Origin: Gammaproteobacteria bacterium
GTDB lineage: Bacteria > Pseudomonadota > Gammaproteobacteria > Eutrophobiales > Eutrophobiaceae
Reading direction: 5' to 3'
DNA: 64,000 nt
Assembly (NCBI GenBank): GCA_965221695.1
Contig: OZ244905.1
Coordinates: forward strand, 2,464,001 to 2,528,000
The notes under the pieces are model-generated. The model saw only the letters and a program-made list of their open reading frames with translations, was not told the DNA's origin and made no database searches. The translations under genes and the position numbers were made by a program. Of this stretch, positions 37,598-46,966 are shown piece after piece. The first letter of the stretch is position 1, and each line of letters begins with the position of its first letter.

Positions 37598-39061
37598 ATG
37601 AGCATCGACCTCTTGATTAAGAACGTAAGAGTTGTCAGGCCGCACGGCAACACGGCGGAACTCGCGGATATCGCGATCAGCGAAGGCAAGTTTGCGCGCA
37701 TAGCCCCGGATATCGACCCAGACACAGCCGCGCAAGTAGTGGATGGCAGGCAGCGTTTGGCATTCCCTGGCGTTATCGACGCACACATGCACACGGGTAT
37801 TTATGCGCCGCTGGCAGAGGATGCGGTCAGCGAGAGCCGCGCCGCGGCCATGGGAGGGGTAACCACCAGTCTGAACTACCTGCGCACCGGCAAGTACTAC
37901 CTGAACAAAGGCGGACCGTATCGGGAGTTTTTTCCGGAGGCGCTGGCGCTGTCCGAAGGCAGGTTCCATGTCGATTATGCGTATCACCTGGCGCCGATGA
38001 TGGCGGCGCATATCGATGAGATCGATGAACTGATCGAGCGTTTCGGTGTGACCTCGTTCAAGATTTTCATGTTTTACGGTTCTCACGGCCTGCACGGTAA
38101 ATCCGACGATCAAAGCGATTTTCTGATGATCGGCAAGGATGAACGGTACGATTTCGCCCATTTTGAATTTGTCATGCGCGGTATCCGCAGGGCCATGGAT
38201 CGTTTTCCCGACAGGGCGGAACAGATCAGCTTGAGTATGCATTGTGAGACAGCCGAGATCATGCGCGCGTATACGCGCCTGGTCGAGGAGGAAGGCCTGC
38301 TCAGTGGCCTGCCGGCGTACCATGCCTCGCGCCCGCCCCACTCCGAAGGGTTGGCCATATTCATCGCCTCCTACCTGGCCCATGAAACCGATTGCGTGAA
38401 CATCAACCTGTTGCACCTGTCATCCCGCAAGGCGGTCGAGGCTGCGCTGTTGATGGCGGACGCGTTTCCTCATATCGATTTCCGGCGCGAGGTAACCATC
38501 GGCCACCTGATGCTGGATACGGAATCGCCAAACGGTATCCTGGCCAAGGTCAACCCGCCAATCCGCCCGCGCGCAGATGTGGAGTACCTGTGGGAAATGC
38601 TGCTGGACGGAAAAGTGGACTGGGTAGTCAGCGATCATGCCTGTTGCCGACATGAGATGAAAGTTAACGAGAGCGAACCGGATAACGTATTTTTGGCCAA
38701 ATCAGGCTTCGGCGGCACGGAGTACCTGCTGCCGGCGCTGGTCAGCGAGGGGACTCGCCGTGGCATGAGTCTGAATCGGATCGCCGAGTTGATCAGCTAC
38801 AACCCGGCGCGTCGTTATGGCTTGAACAGCAAGGGCGATATCGCCCCCGGCTGTGACGCCGATCTGGTACTGGTTGACCCCAATGATAGCTGGGTGATAC
38901 AGGCGGAGGAATCGCCATCCACGCAGGGTTACACGCCGTTTGCCGGCATGGAGTTATCGGCCCGGGTGAAACAGACCTGGTTGCGCGGCCGCCTGATCTA
39001 TGACGGCAACATCGTCGGCGAGCCCGCGGGGAAATTCCTTAAACGGCCGTATGAGGGATAA
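37598..39061 (+). CDS. Cyclic amidohydrolase (allantoinase/dihydropyrimidinase/dihydroorotase-like)
   Basis: PGVIDAHMH, SFKIF, MHCE, LHLSS, KVNPPIR, SDHA, KG.I..G.DADL. Confidence 0.9.
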   Translation: MSIDLLIKNVRVVRPHGNTAELADIAISEGKFARIAPDIDPDTAAQVVDGRQRLAFPGVIDAHMHTGIYAPLAEDAVSESRAAAMGGVTTSLNYLRTGKYYLNKGGPYREFFPEALALSEGRFHVDYAYHLAPMMAAHIDEIDELIERFGVTSFKIFMFYGSHGLHGKSDDQSDFLMIGKDERYDFAHFEFVMRGIRRAMDRFPDRAEQISLSMHCETAEIMRAYTRLVEEEGLLSGLPAYHASRPPHSEGLAIFIASYLAHETDCVNINLLHLSSRKAVEAALLMADAFPHIDFRREVTIGHLMLDTESPNGILAKVNPPIRPRADVEYLWEMLLDGKVDWVVSDHACCRHEMKVNESEPDNVFLAKSGFGGTEYLLPALVSEGTRRGMSLNRIAELISYNPARRYGLNSKGDIAPGCDADLVLVDPNDSWVIQAEESPSTQGYTPFAGMELSARVKQTWLRGRLIYDGNIVGEPAGKFLKRPYEG

Positions 39062-39088
39062 CTTCTTTGGGAATAATACTATGGATCG

Positions 39089-39856
39089 TTACTTGAGAGT
39101 CAGAGACATACGGTACTGGAACCGGTCGGGGTTGTATACCGCATTCAAATGATCCACCTGTTTTCCATCCTCGCCGAAGGAACGCCGTATCAGTTTCAGC
39201 AGCGGTTTGCCCGGTACGATGCCCAGGGCATCGGCCGCGGGCGAGAGCGCGGCTTCGGCGCTCAGGGTCTGTTCGGCGCGGGCAATCTTCACTCCGGAGT
39301 TTCGCAGCAGCTCCAGCCGCGGGGACTTTTCCAGCGCCTGTTTGCGGATGGATTGGTCAAACCCCAGCGTCCAACTGTCGTAATAGGCAAACGGCAGGTC
39401 GCGGTTGCTCCTGATTCGTACCATGTGGCACAGCAATTGTTCGTCGGAGACGCCGAATTCATCGGCAATATCGGCGGGCGGGCGGACAAAGCGCAGGCTC
39501 AAGACCTTGATTTTCGTTTCCCTGCCCATGTGCTCAAGGCTTTCCAGCGCGCCCGTCAATGGTGCGTTGAGCAATTCCGGATGATAGTGATAATTCACGA
39601 ACGTGCCGCGGCCGCGCTGGCGCGCAACCAGGTTTTCCGCCGCCAGGTCGTCCAGGGCGCGGCGAGCGGTAATGCGCGATACCTTGAAAGTGGCGGACAA
39701 CTCCTTCTCCGAGGGCATCCTGGTTCCGTCTTCCAGCACACCGCCGAGGATACAATCCCGCAAGATGGAGTAGAGTTGGTGGTACAACGGCGTGGGCGAC
39801 CCCGGGTCCAGGACTCCGTGGTGGTACTTGCTAAGCAATGTCAGCGTAGCGTCCAT
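39089..39856 (-). CDS. GntR family regulator (HutC/UTRA)
   Basis: PLYHQL..MPSE.EL...FKVSRITARRAL..RGRGTFV; UTRA-like C-terminus. Confidence 0.93.
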   Translation of the reverse strand: MDATLTLLSKYHHGVLDPGSPTPLYHQLYSILRDCILGGVLEDGTRMPSEKELSATFKVSRITARRALDDLAAENLVARQRGRGTFVNYHYHPELLNAPLTGALESLEHMGRETKIKVLSLRFVRPPADIADEFGVSDEQLLCHMVRIRSNRDLPFAYYDSWTLGFDQSIRKQALEKSPRLELLRNSGVKIARAEQTLSAEAALSPAADALGIVPGKPLLKLIRRSFGEDGKQVDHLNAVYNPDRFQYRMSLTLK

Positions 39857-39993
39857 AATACAGGTATTGGCTTGATTCGTTTTGCTGGCACTTTGTCAAA
39901 GTACATTGATGTAACAATAAAATCAATCGTTAGCCCGCACCAATTTCTTTTATAATCGGGTTTCTTCATTCATGCACAGGCGAGGGCAAAACC

Positions 39994-41172
39994 ATGCAGA
40001 CCAGTGAGCTGGAGCAGAACAGGCACGCCATTTTACCGGAACCGAATCACGACGAGCTGGCCAGACAGCAATTTGTGCGTTCTTTCAAGGAACATCTCGT
40101 TGCCCATGTCCATCCGGGGAACCGGCTCGCGTATGAGCGCCGGGTCAAACCGGCGTTTGTTCAGGAAAACGGGCGGGAACCGGATAACCGCTTCGAAATA
40201 CGCGATGTGATGACCCTTGATCCGCATTATCGTATGTTCAGTACGCTACTGCGCACCAGCCAGGAAATGATGTGGTCCGCATCACAACAGCCGGTGCAGA
40301 GAGAACTGCGTGCGCTGGCAGAGAAGGCAAAACCTGAGGAAGGCGCAGGCGGCAGTCTGAGACTTGACCCGGACCTGGCCATTCCGCGTTATCACAAGGC
40401 CGTGGATATCCATTGTCAGCCTGGCGGCTACCATACCGAAGTGACCGAAGACGATGTCGCGCCCGGCGCTGTTTATGATCGCGCGGTCTTTATCTATGCG
40501 ATGGGGCAGATGGGGCCGGACAACGCCGATATGGGCGCCAGCGCCGTTGCCTGGATCAAGCAGAACTATCCTGGATTCAACCCGGCGCGTATCCTGGATA
40601 TGGGCTGTGCGGTGGGCCACAGCACGGTTCCCTATGCCCAGGCGTGGCCCGAAGCGGAGACCCATGCCATTGATGTGGCCGCGCCGATGCTGCGATACGC
40701 CCATGCGCGTGCCGAATCCCTGGGCGCAAAAGTCCATTACTCCCAGCAGAACGCCGAACAGACGGATTTTGCGGACGCCTCCTTCGACCTGGTGGTTTCC
40801 CATATCCTGTTGCACGAGACCTCGGAGAAGGCGATTCGGCGCGTCGTTGCAGAATGCCATCGCCTGCTCAAGCCGGGAGGGCTGATGGTGCATGCCGAGA
40901 CGCCTCCCTACAAGGACCTGGAAGCGTTTGACGCTTTCATGCTGGACTGGGACACCTACAACAACAACGAACCGTTCTGGGGCCGCGCCCATGATATCGA
41001 TTACGTTGAACTGAGCCGGAAGGCCGGCTTCGACCCGGAGACCGTATTCGAAGTAATGGCGCCCAGCGCTTACCAGATCGCCCAGGCGCGGCGCTCCAAG
41101 GTATTCCAGGGCGGTGATTTCGGCGGTGGCGGTCTGTGGTTTCTGTACGGCGCCGAAAAGCGCGGGACCTGA
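39994..41172 (+). CDS. Class I SAM-dependent methyltransferase-fold protein
   Basis: ILDMGCAVGHST, FDLVVSHILLHE, LLKPGG. Confidence 0.88.
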   Translation: MQTSELEQNRHAILPEPNHDELARQQFVRSFKEHLVAHVHPGNRLAYERRVKPAFVQENGREPDNRFEIRDVMTLDPHYRMFSTLLRTSQEMMWSASQQPVQRELRALAEKAKPEEGAGGSLRLDPDLAIPRYHKAVDIHCQPGGYHTEVTEDDVAPGAVYDRAVFIYAMGQMGPDNADMGASAVAWIKQNYPGFNPARILDMGCAVGHSTVPYAQAWPEAETHAIDVAAPMLRYAHARAESLGAKVHYSQQNAEQTDFADASFDLVVSHILLHETSEKAIRRVVAECHRLLKPGGLMVHAETPPYKDLEAFDAFMLDWDTYNNNEPFWGRAHDIDYVELSRKAGFDPETVFEVMAPSAYQIAQARRSKVFQGGDFGGGGLWFLYGAEKRGT

Positions 41173-41177
41173 AACCG

Positions 41178-41546
41178 ATGTCTGCTGAACCGAAGTTGAA
41201 ACGCAAGGCCAAGGGTGAGAGGCCGTATTTCTTTTCCGATCCTGCCATTGACAAATTACTGGCCATGCTGATGGGATTGGCGGGAGAAGTGTCCGTGCTG
41301 CGCGATCGGTTGGATACGGTAGAACGGCTGGCGCAGCAGAACAACTTATTCACCCGCGCGGAGATAGAAAACTATCAGCCGGATGAGGCGGCGCTGGAAG
41401 AACGCGCCGCGCGCCGGGCGGTGTTTCTGGGCGAAATCACCCGTATCATCCAGGCGGAGCTGGAGGGGTTGCAGGAGGAGGAAAGCGCCCCCTACAAGCA
41501 GGCCCTGGAACTGGTGACCGGGATGGAGGACGGACCGAAACAATGA
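41178..41546 (+). CDS. Conserved-looking hypothetical helical protein
   Basis: RPYFF.DP..D.L..M...LAGEVSVLRDRLDTVE; its stop overlaps the next ATG. Confidence 0.75.
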   Translation: MSAEPKLKRKAKGERPYFFSDPAIDKLLAMLMGLAGEVSVLRDRLDTVERLAQQNNLFTRAEIENYQPDEAALEERAARRAVFLGEITRIIQAELEGLQEEESAPYKQALELVTGMEDGPKQ

Positions 41547-43600
41547 GTTATCGACTGGGTGTTGATGTAGGCGGCACTTTCACCGACCTGTTGCTGATAG
41601 ATGAGCAGAGCGGCGCGACATTTACCGCCAAGGTGCCGTCCACGCCGGAAGACTCCTCGATCGGGGCGCTGAACGGCATTGCGCGGATTTGTGACACACA
41701 CAATATCGACGCCGGTAAAATCTCCCGGGTAATGCACGGCACCACCGTCGCGACCAATGCCGTTCTCACCGGGCGCGGCGCCAGGGTGGGCCTGGTCACG
41801 ACCAAGGGTTTCCGCCAGGTTCTGCAGGTGGCGCGCTCATTTTGTCCGGGTGGTCTGGGCGGCTGGGTCAGTTACGTGAAGAAGCCGCTGCTGGCCCCGC
41901 TGGAGTTGACCATAGAAGCGGATGAGCGGATCGATGCCCAAGGCAATATCATAAGGGAACTGGACGAGGCGGCGCTGAGACGGGACCTGCAAACATTGCA
42001 CGCCAGGGGAGAGGTGGAGTCGCTGACCATCTGCCTGATTAACGCCTACATCAACGATGAGAACGAGCGCCGCGCAGAGGCCGTCGCCGGCGAGGTTTTC
42101 TCTGATATTCCAATCTCCATATCCAGCAAGGTCGTGCCCGAGATGCAGGAGTACGAGCGCGCTGAAACCACGGTCGTTAACGCCTATGTCCGACCGGAGG
42201 TCTCAAACTATATCAATAACCTGCAGGCCGCGCTCGCCGAGCGTATGGGCAGCGACGTTATCCTGTCCATTCTGCGTTCTGACGGCGGACTGGCCTCGGG
42301 CCGGGCGGCGACGCAATCGCCGGTGAACATGCTGATGTCCGGACCTGCCGGCGGCGTGACTGGCGCGCTGTATTTTTGCAGCCGCGCAGGCTACGACAAC
42401 ATCCTGACGTTTGATATGGGCGGCACATCGACGGATGTGGCGCTGATTCAGAATGGCAAAGCGCTGATCAGGCGGGAAACCATCGTCGGCGATGTGCGCG
42501 TCAGGGCGCCGTCGGTCGATGTGCGCACCGTGGGCGCCGGCGGCGGTTCCATCGCTTTTGTCCCGGAGCTGACCCGCGCGCTGCGTGTCGGGCCGCAATC
42601 CGCCGGGGCTGTTCCCGGTCCGGCCGCATACATGAAGGGTGGCGAGGAACCCACGGTGTGTGACGCCAACGTGGTGTTGGGGTATCTACCCGCGGATGCG
42701 CAACTGGGCGGCGCGATGGCGATAAATAAATCCGCGGCGGAGGCTGCGGTGCAAAAATTGGCCGACGCGATGGGGATCGATCTGATGGAGGCTGCCGAAG
42801 GTATCATCAAAATCGTCAATGAATCCATGTTCGGCGCACTGCGGCTGGTGTCCGTGGAACAGGGCTATGACCCCAGGGATTTCTCTCTGGTCGGTTTCGG
42901 CGGCGCCGGACCCCTGCACGCCAACGCCCTGGGAATCCTGACAGGCTCCTGGCCGGTGATCATCCCACCCGGCCCCGGTGTGCTGTGCGCTTACGGCGAC
43001 GCGACCACCCGAGTCCAGGATGAAGCGGCGCGCACCTATATCGCGATGGCGGAGGAAACCGGCGCGGACAACCTGTTACAGGACCTGGAAGCCTTGCGCG
43101 AACGCGCGTCCGAATCTCTGGTTGCAGACGGGGTCGTGCAGCAGGACCTGGAGGCGCTTTACCAGGTGGACCTGCGTTACACCGGACAGGCGTACCAGAT
43201 CACACTGGATTTTACCGCCGAGGAACTGGCTGAAAGCGGCATTCTCAGCCTGACCAGGCGCTTTGATGCCGAACACAAGCGCTTGTTCACATTCGACCTG
43301 GGCGAAGGCCATGAAATCGTCATGATACGCGCCATCGTCAGGGTCAAACAGAAAGACCTGGCCGAACTGGATACCAGCAGCACACAGACCCGGCTGGAAG
43401 ACTGCAGGATTCGCGACAGCCGCTATTATTACGAGGGCGCATGGCATGAGGCCGCTATCTATGCACGGGAAAAACTGCATGAAGGACTGGTGGTGCCGGG
43501 CCCGGCAATCATCGCCGAAATGGATTCCACGACCCTGATACTGCCCGGCTTCCATGCGGCGGTGGACGCTTTGGGCAACCTCATTATCCAGCCCGAATAA
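41543..43600 (+). CDS. hyuA: Hydantoinase A/5-oxoprolinase ATP-binding subunit
   Basis: GVDVGGTFTD, HGTTVATN, SGPAGG, DMGGTSTD, GAGGGS. Confidence 0.93.
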   Translation: MSYRLGVDVGGTFTDLLLIDEQSGATFTAKVPSTPEDSSIGALNGIARICDTHNIDAGKISRVMHGTTVATNAVLTGRGARVGLVTTKGFRQVLQVARSFCPGGLGGWVSYVKKPLLAPLELTIEADERIDAQGNIIRELDEAALRRDLQTLHARGEVESLTICLINAYINDENERRAEAVAGEVFSDIPISISSKVVPEMQEYERAETTVVNAYVRPEVSNYINNLQAALAERMGSDVILSILRSDGGLASGRAATQSPVNMLMSGPAGGVTGALYFCSRAGYDNILTFDMGGTSTDVALIQNGKALIRRETIVGDVRVRAPSVDVRTVGAGGGSIAFVPELTRALRVGPQSAGAVPGPAAYMKGGEEPTVCDANVVLGYLPADAQLGGAMAINKSAAEAAVQKLADAMGIDLMEAAEGIIKIVNESMFGALRLVSVEQGYDPRDFSLVGFGGAGPLHANALGILTGSWPVIIPPGPGVLCAYGDATTRVQDEAARTYIAMAEETGADNLLQDLEALRERASESLVADGVVQQDLEALYQVDLRYTGQAYQITLDFTAEELAESGILSLTRRFDAEHKRLFTFDLGEGHEIVMIRAIVRVKQKDLAELDTSSTQTRLEDCRIRDSRYYYEGAWHEAAIYAREKLHEGLVVPGPAIIAEMDSTTLILPGFHAAVDALGNLIIQPE

Positions 43601-43618
43601 CCGAACAGGACAACAGCG

Positions 43619-45469
43619 ATGGCCGGCAAAATTATCGAGCAGAACACGAGTCCGTTGGAACGCGTCCCGGTTGATACCGTAACGGTGGACATCATTGAGA
43701 ATGCGCTGCGCAACGTGCGCGTGGAGATGGACGCGGTACTGTTCCGCACTGCGATGTCGCCCGGCATCCGCGAGCAGGGCGACTGTTTCCCGATGGTGGC
43801 GAACCGGGATGGCAAGATGGTGGTCGGCCAGTTCGGCTCATTCATCCACGGGCTGATGGAAGCCTACGACGGGACCATCGAAGAGGGCGACATTATCCTT
43901 ACCAATGACCCGTACCGATGCGGGGCGGCGGTGTCCCACTTGCCGGATTGGATAGTACTGACGCCCATCTTCAAGGATCACAGACACATCGCCTGGTCGG
44001 CGATGTTCGGGCATATGTCGGATAACGGCGGGATGACGCCGGGAAGTATCCCGGTGCAGGCAACGACGATTTTTCAGGAAGGCATTCGCATCCCCCCGAC
44101 AAAGCTGTATCGCAAAGGCGAGTTGCAGTCCGATATGCTGGAACTGATATTGCACAATGTGCGCACGCCGCAATGGAACCGCTTCGACCTGAATGCCCTG
44201 GTTGCTGCCTGCAATACCGCGGCGCGGCGTTGCGTTGAGCTGGCGGAACGCTTCGGCGATGACGTGTTCTACTCCACCATGGAAATGATGCTGGAGCGTA
44301 ACCATGCGGCCATGAAGCAGATCATCGAAATGATCGTGCCGGAAGAACCGCGCAGTTTTGAGGACTACGTCTGTGATGACGGGGTGGGCGGCGGGCCTTA
44401 CAAGATCAAATGCACGCTGTGGCGGGAAGGCTCCCGGGCCATTTTCGATTTTGCCGGCACCGACCGGCAAGCGGACAGCTCAATCAATTTTTTCCTCAGC
44501 GAGGACATGTTCAGGATGTTTTTCGGCGCGTTCACCATCAACCTGTTCGATCCGCAGATCCTGTTCAATGACGGGTTTTACGACCTGGTTGACGTGCGTA
44601 TCCCCCAGGGTTCGCTGTTGAAGCCGAACTACCCTGCGGCGCTGTCCGGCCGCACCCATGCCCTGGGGCGTATTTTTGACGTAATGGGCGGCCTGCTCGG
44701 ACAGGGCGCGCCGGAGGCCTTGAACGCAGCCGGCTTTTCCGACAGCCCGCACCTGTTCTATTCCGGCTATGACGAGAACGGCGAGTGGTTCCAGTTGTTC
44801 CAGATCGGCTTCGGCGGCATCCCCGGACGGCCGGCCGGTGACGGTCCGGACGGCCATTCCCTGTGGCCAGGTTTCACCAACGTGCCGAACGAGTTTATCG
44901 AGGCCTATTTTCCACTGCGCATCGAACAATATGAACCGATAGCCGATTCCGGCGGCGCCGGCCTGCATCGCGGCGGCAACGGCCTGAGCGTGGCCTACCG
45001 GTTCCTCTGCGACGGCGCCATCGCCATCCACGATGAACGCTGGCTGACCTACCCTTGGGGCGTGAACGGCGGCGAGCCGGGGCAGCGTTCCAGCAAGCGC
45101 CTGGCGCGCGCCGATGGTTCCGAAGAGTGGTTGCCGTCCAAGTGCGAAAATGTCGAGGTAAAAGTGGGCGATGTGCTGTATTTCAATACCTGGGGCGGCG
45201 GAGGTTGGGGCGACCCCTACCAGCGCGATGCTGAGATCGTGCGGCTTGATGTCGCCCGCGGCCTGGTCAGCGCCGCCGGCGCAAGACGCTACGGTGTCGC
45301 GCTGAACGATGACGGCAGTGTCGACGAGAAGGCTACTCAAGCACTGCGCGCACGCTTGAGCGCTGACCGGGGCAAGCCGGCCATGTTCAATTTCGGCGGA
45401 ACCATTGAGGAGATCAAGGCCAGGGCACTGGAAGAAACCCACCTGCCGCCGCCACAAGCGCCAGGTTAG
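43619..45469 (+). CDS. hyuB: Hydantoinase B/5-oxoprolinase subunit
   Basis: RTAMSPGIRE, TNDPY..SHLPD, HMSDNGG..PGS, SGGAG.HRGG, GGGGWGDP. Confidence 0.93.
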   Translation: MAGKIIEQNTSPLERVPVDTVTVDIIENALRNVRVEMDAVLFRTAMSPGIREQGDCFPMVANRDGKMVVGQFGSFIHGLMEAYDGTIEEGDIILTNDPYRCGAAVSHLPDWIVLTPIFKDHRHIAWSAMFGHMSDNGGMTPGSIPVQATTIFQEGIRIPPTKLYRKGELQSDMLELILHNVRTPQWNRFDLNALVAACNTAARRCVELAERFGDDVFYSTMEMMLERNHAAMKQIIEMIVPEEPRSFEDYVCDDGVGGGPYKIKCTLWREGSRAIFDFAGTDRQADSSINFFLSEDMFRMFFGAFTINLFDPQILFNDGFYDLVDVRIPQGSLLKPNYPAALSGRTHALGRIFDVMGGLLGQGAPEALNAAGFSDSPHLFYSGYDENGEWFQLFQIGFGGIPGRPAGDGPDGHSLWPGFTNVPNEFIEAYFPLRIEQYEPIADSGGAGLHRGGNGLSVAYRFLCDGAIAIHDERWLTYPWGVNGGEPGQRSSKRLARADGSEEWLPSKCENVEVKVGDVLYFNTWGGGGWGDPYQRDAEIVRLDVARGLVSAAGARRYGVALNDDGSVDEKATQALRARLSADRGKPAMFNFGGTIEEIKARALEETHLPPPQAPG

Positions 45470-45503
45470 CAGTCATTCAATATGAACTTGTCTGACAGCA
45501 CGT

Positions 45504-45597
45504 CCCATTCCCGCAACTGCGGGAATCCAGTGGACAACAAAACTCCTTATATGAAAGCTTTGCTGACTGGATTCCCGTTTCCATTGCGGGAATGGTA
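45504..45597. repeat. Family A REP-like palindrome core
   Basis: CCATTCCCG..GCGGGAATCCAG...CTGGATTCCCG..GCGGGAATGG. Confidence 0.82.
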
Positions 45598-45600
45598 GTA

Positions 45601-46866
45601 GTGAATACGTCTACAAGATCGATGCGGAGAACGGCGCTGGCATTGCTGTTCCTGGTGTCATTCTTCAATTACATGGACCGTTACATGCTGGCCGTGCTGC
45701 TGCCGGCGATCAAGGCCGACCTGGGTTTGAGCGATACGCAGATCGGCTTCATCACCGGCCTCGCGTTTACCCTGTTCTATGTCACCATGGGCATTCCCAT
45801 TGCGCGCCTGGCCGACCGCTATAACCGAAAAAATATCGTTGCGATTGCTCTGTCGGTATGGAGCGCAATGACCGCGCTGTGCGGCCTGGCGCAGAATTTC
45901 GCGCAACTGGCCATTGCCAGGATCATGGTCGGTGTGGGCGAAGCGGGCGCCAGCCCTCCGTCACATTCCCTGATCGCCGACCTGTTTCCCGTAGAACAAC
46001 GCGCCAGGGCGATTTCCATTTTCTCACTGGGCGCGCCGGTCGGGATCTTGATCGGGTTTATGCTGGGAGGCTGGATCACCCAGCTCTACAGTTGGCGCGC
46101 GGCGCTGTTTACCGTCGGCATACCCGGCATCCTGGTCGCGCTGGTAGTGTATCGCAAATTGCACGAACCGGCGCGCGGCGCGGCTGACGGCCTGACGCGC
46201 GCGCCGGCTACACCTCCTTTCTGGTTTTCATTAAAGACGCTGATGGCCAGCCCGACCTTTCGCCACCTGTCGGTCGGCACCGGTTTGTACACGGTGGTCT
46301 GGCTGGGTGTGGTGCAATGGCTGCCGTCTTTTTTCACCCGCTCGTTCGAGTTGGAGATCGGCGTGGTGGGCGCCTGGCTGGCGATCATCCTGAGCGTCTC
46401 CCAGATCATCGGCATGTTGCTGGGCGGCTGGCTGGCGGACCGGCTGGGCGCCACCGATTTGCGCTGGTATGTCTGGGTGCCTTCGCTGGCGATACTGGTA
46501 TCCACACCCATGTTTGCGCTGACCTTCCTGACGCAAAACCCGACGATTGCCTACCTGTCCTTGTTCCTGCCGTTCATGATTGGGGTGATGCAAGGCCCGC
46601 CCAGCTTCGCCGTGGTCCAGGGCCTGGCCGATATAAGAATGCGCGCGATGGCTGCCGCGTTGCTGTTGTTGATCACCAACCTGATAGGCGGCGGCATCGG
46701 CCCCCAGGTGGTGGGTATCATCAGTGATTACCTGGCTGCCGAGCACCACCAGCATTCACTGCGCTATGCGCTGCTGGTGGTCAGCCTGATATTCGGCCTG
46801 TGGTCGTCCCTGCACTATTTCCTGGCAGGCAAGACGATAAGACAGGAGTTCAGGAAGCCAAAATAA
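45601..46866 (+). CDS. MFS transporter (spinster-like)
   Basis: NYMDR, ARLADRYNR, GVGEAG..PPSHSLIAD. Start is GTG 45601 or ATG 45622. Confidence 0.92.
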   Translation: MNTSTRSMRRTALALLFLVSFFNYMDRYMLAVLLPAIKADLGLSDTQIGFITGLAFTLFYVTMGIPIARLADRYNRKNIVAIALSVWSAMTALCGLAQNFAQLAIARIMVGVGEAGASPPSHSLIADLFPVEQRARAISIFSLGAPVGILIGFMLGGWITQLYSWRAALFTVGIPGILVALVVYRKLHEPARGAADGLTRAPATPPFWFSLKTLMASPTFRHLSVGTGLYTVVWLGVVQWLPSFFTRSFELEIGVVGAWLAIILSVSQIIGMLLGGWLADRLGATDLRWYVWVPSLAILVSTPMFALTFLTQNPTIAYLSLFLPFMIGVMQGPPSFAVVQGLADIRMRAMAAALLLLITNLIGGGIGPQVVGIISDYLAAEHHQHSLRYALLVVSLIFGLWSSLHYFLAGKTIRQEFRKPK

Positions 46867-46966
46867 ACGTTCCTTGTTACCTGCCATTCCCGTAATGGCA
46901 AGCCCGTAGGACAATATCAACCAGCGTTAGCGTTTGGATGGTCATTTTGGTATGTAGAACATCATA

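Noticed and set aside
39895-39920. Operator-like TACATTGATGTAACAA in the GntR promoter
   Set aside because: Too divergent from the 20-bp consensus to call, although autoregulation remains possible.
44480-45457. Long antisense ORFs (also 35977-36906, 47849-48802, 60793-61716)
   Set aside because: Expected opposite GC-rich genes; no RBS or domain motifs.
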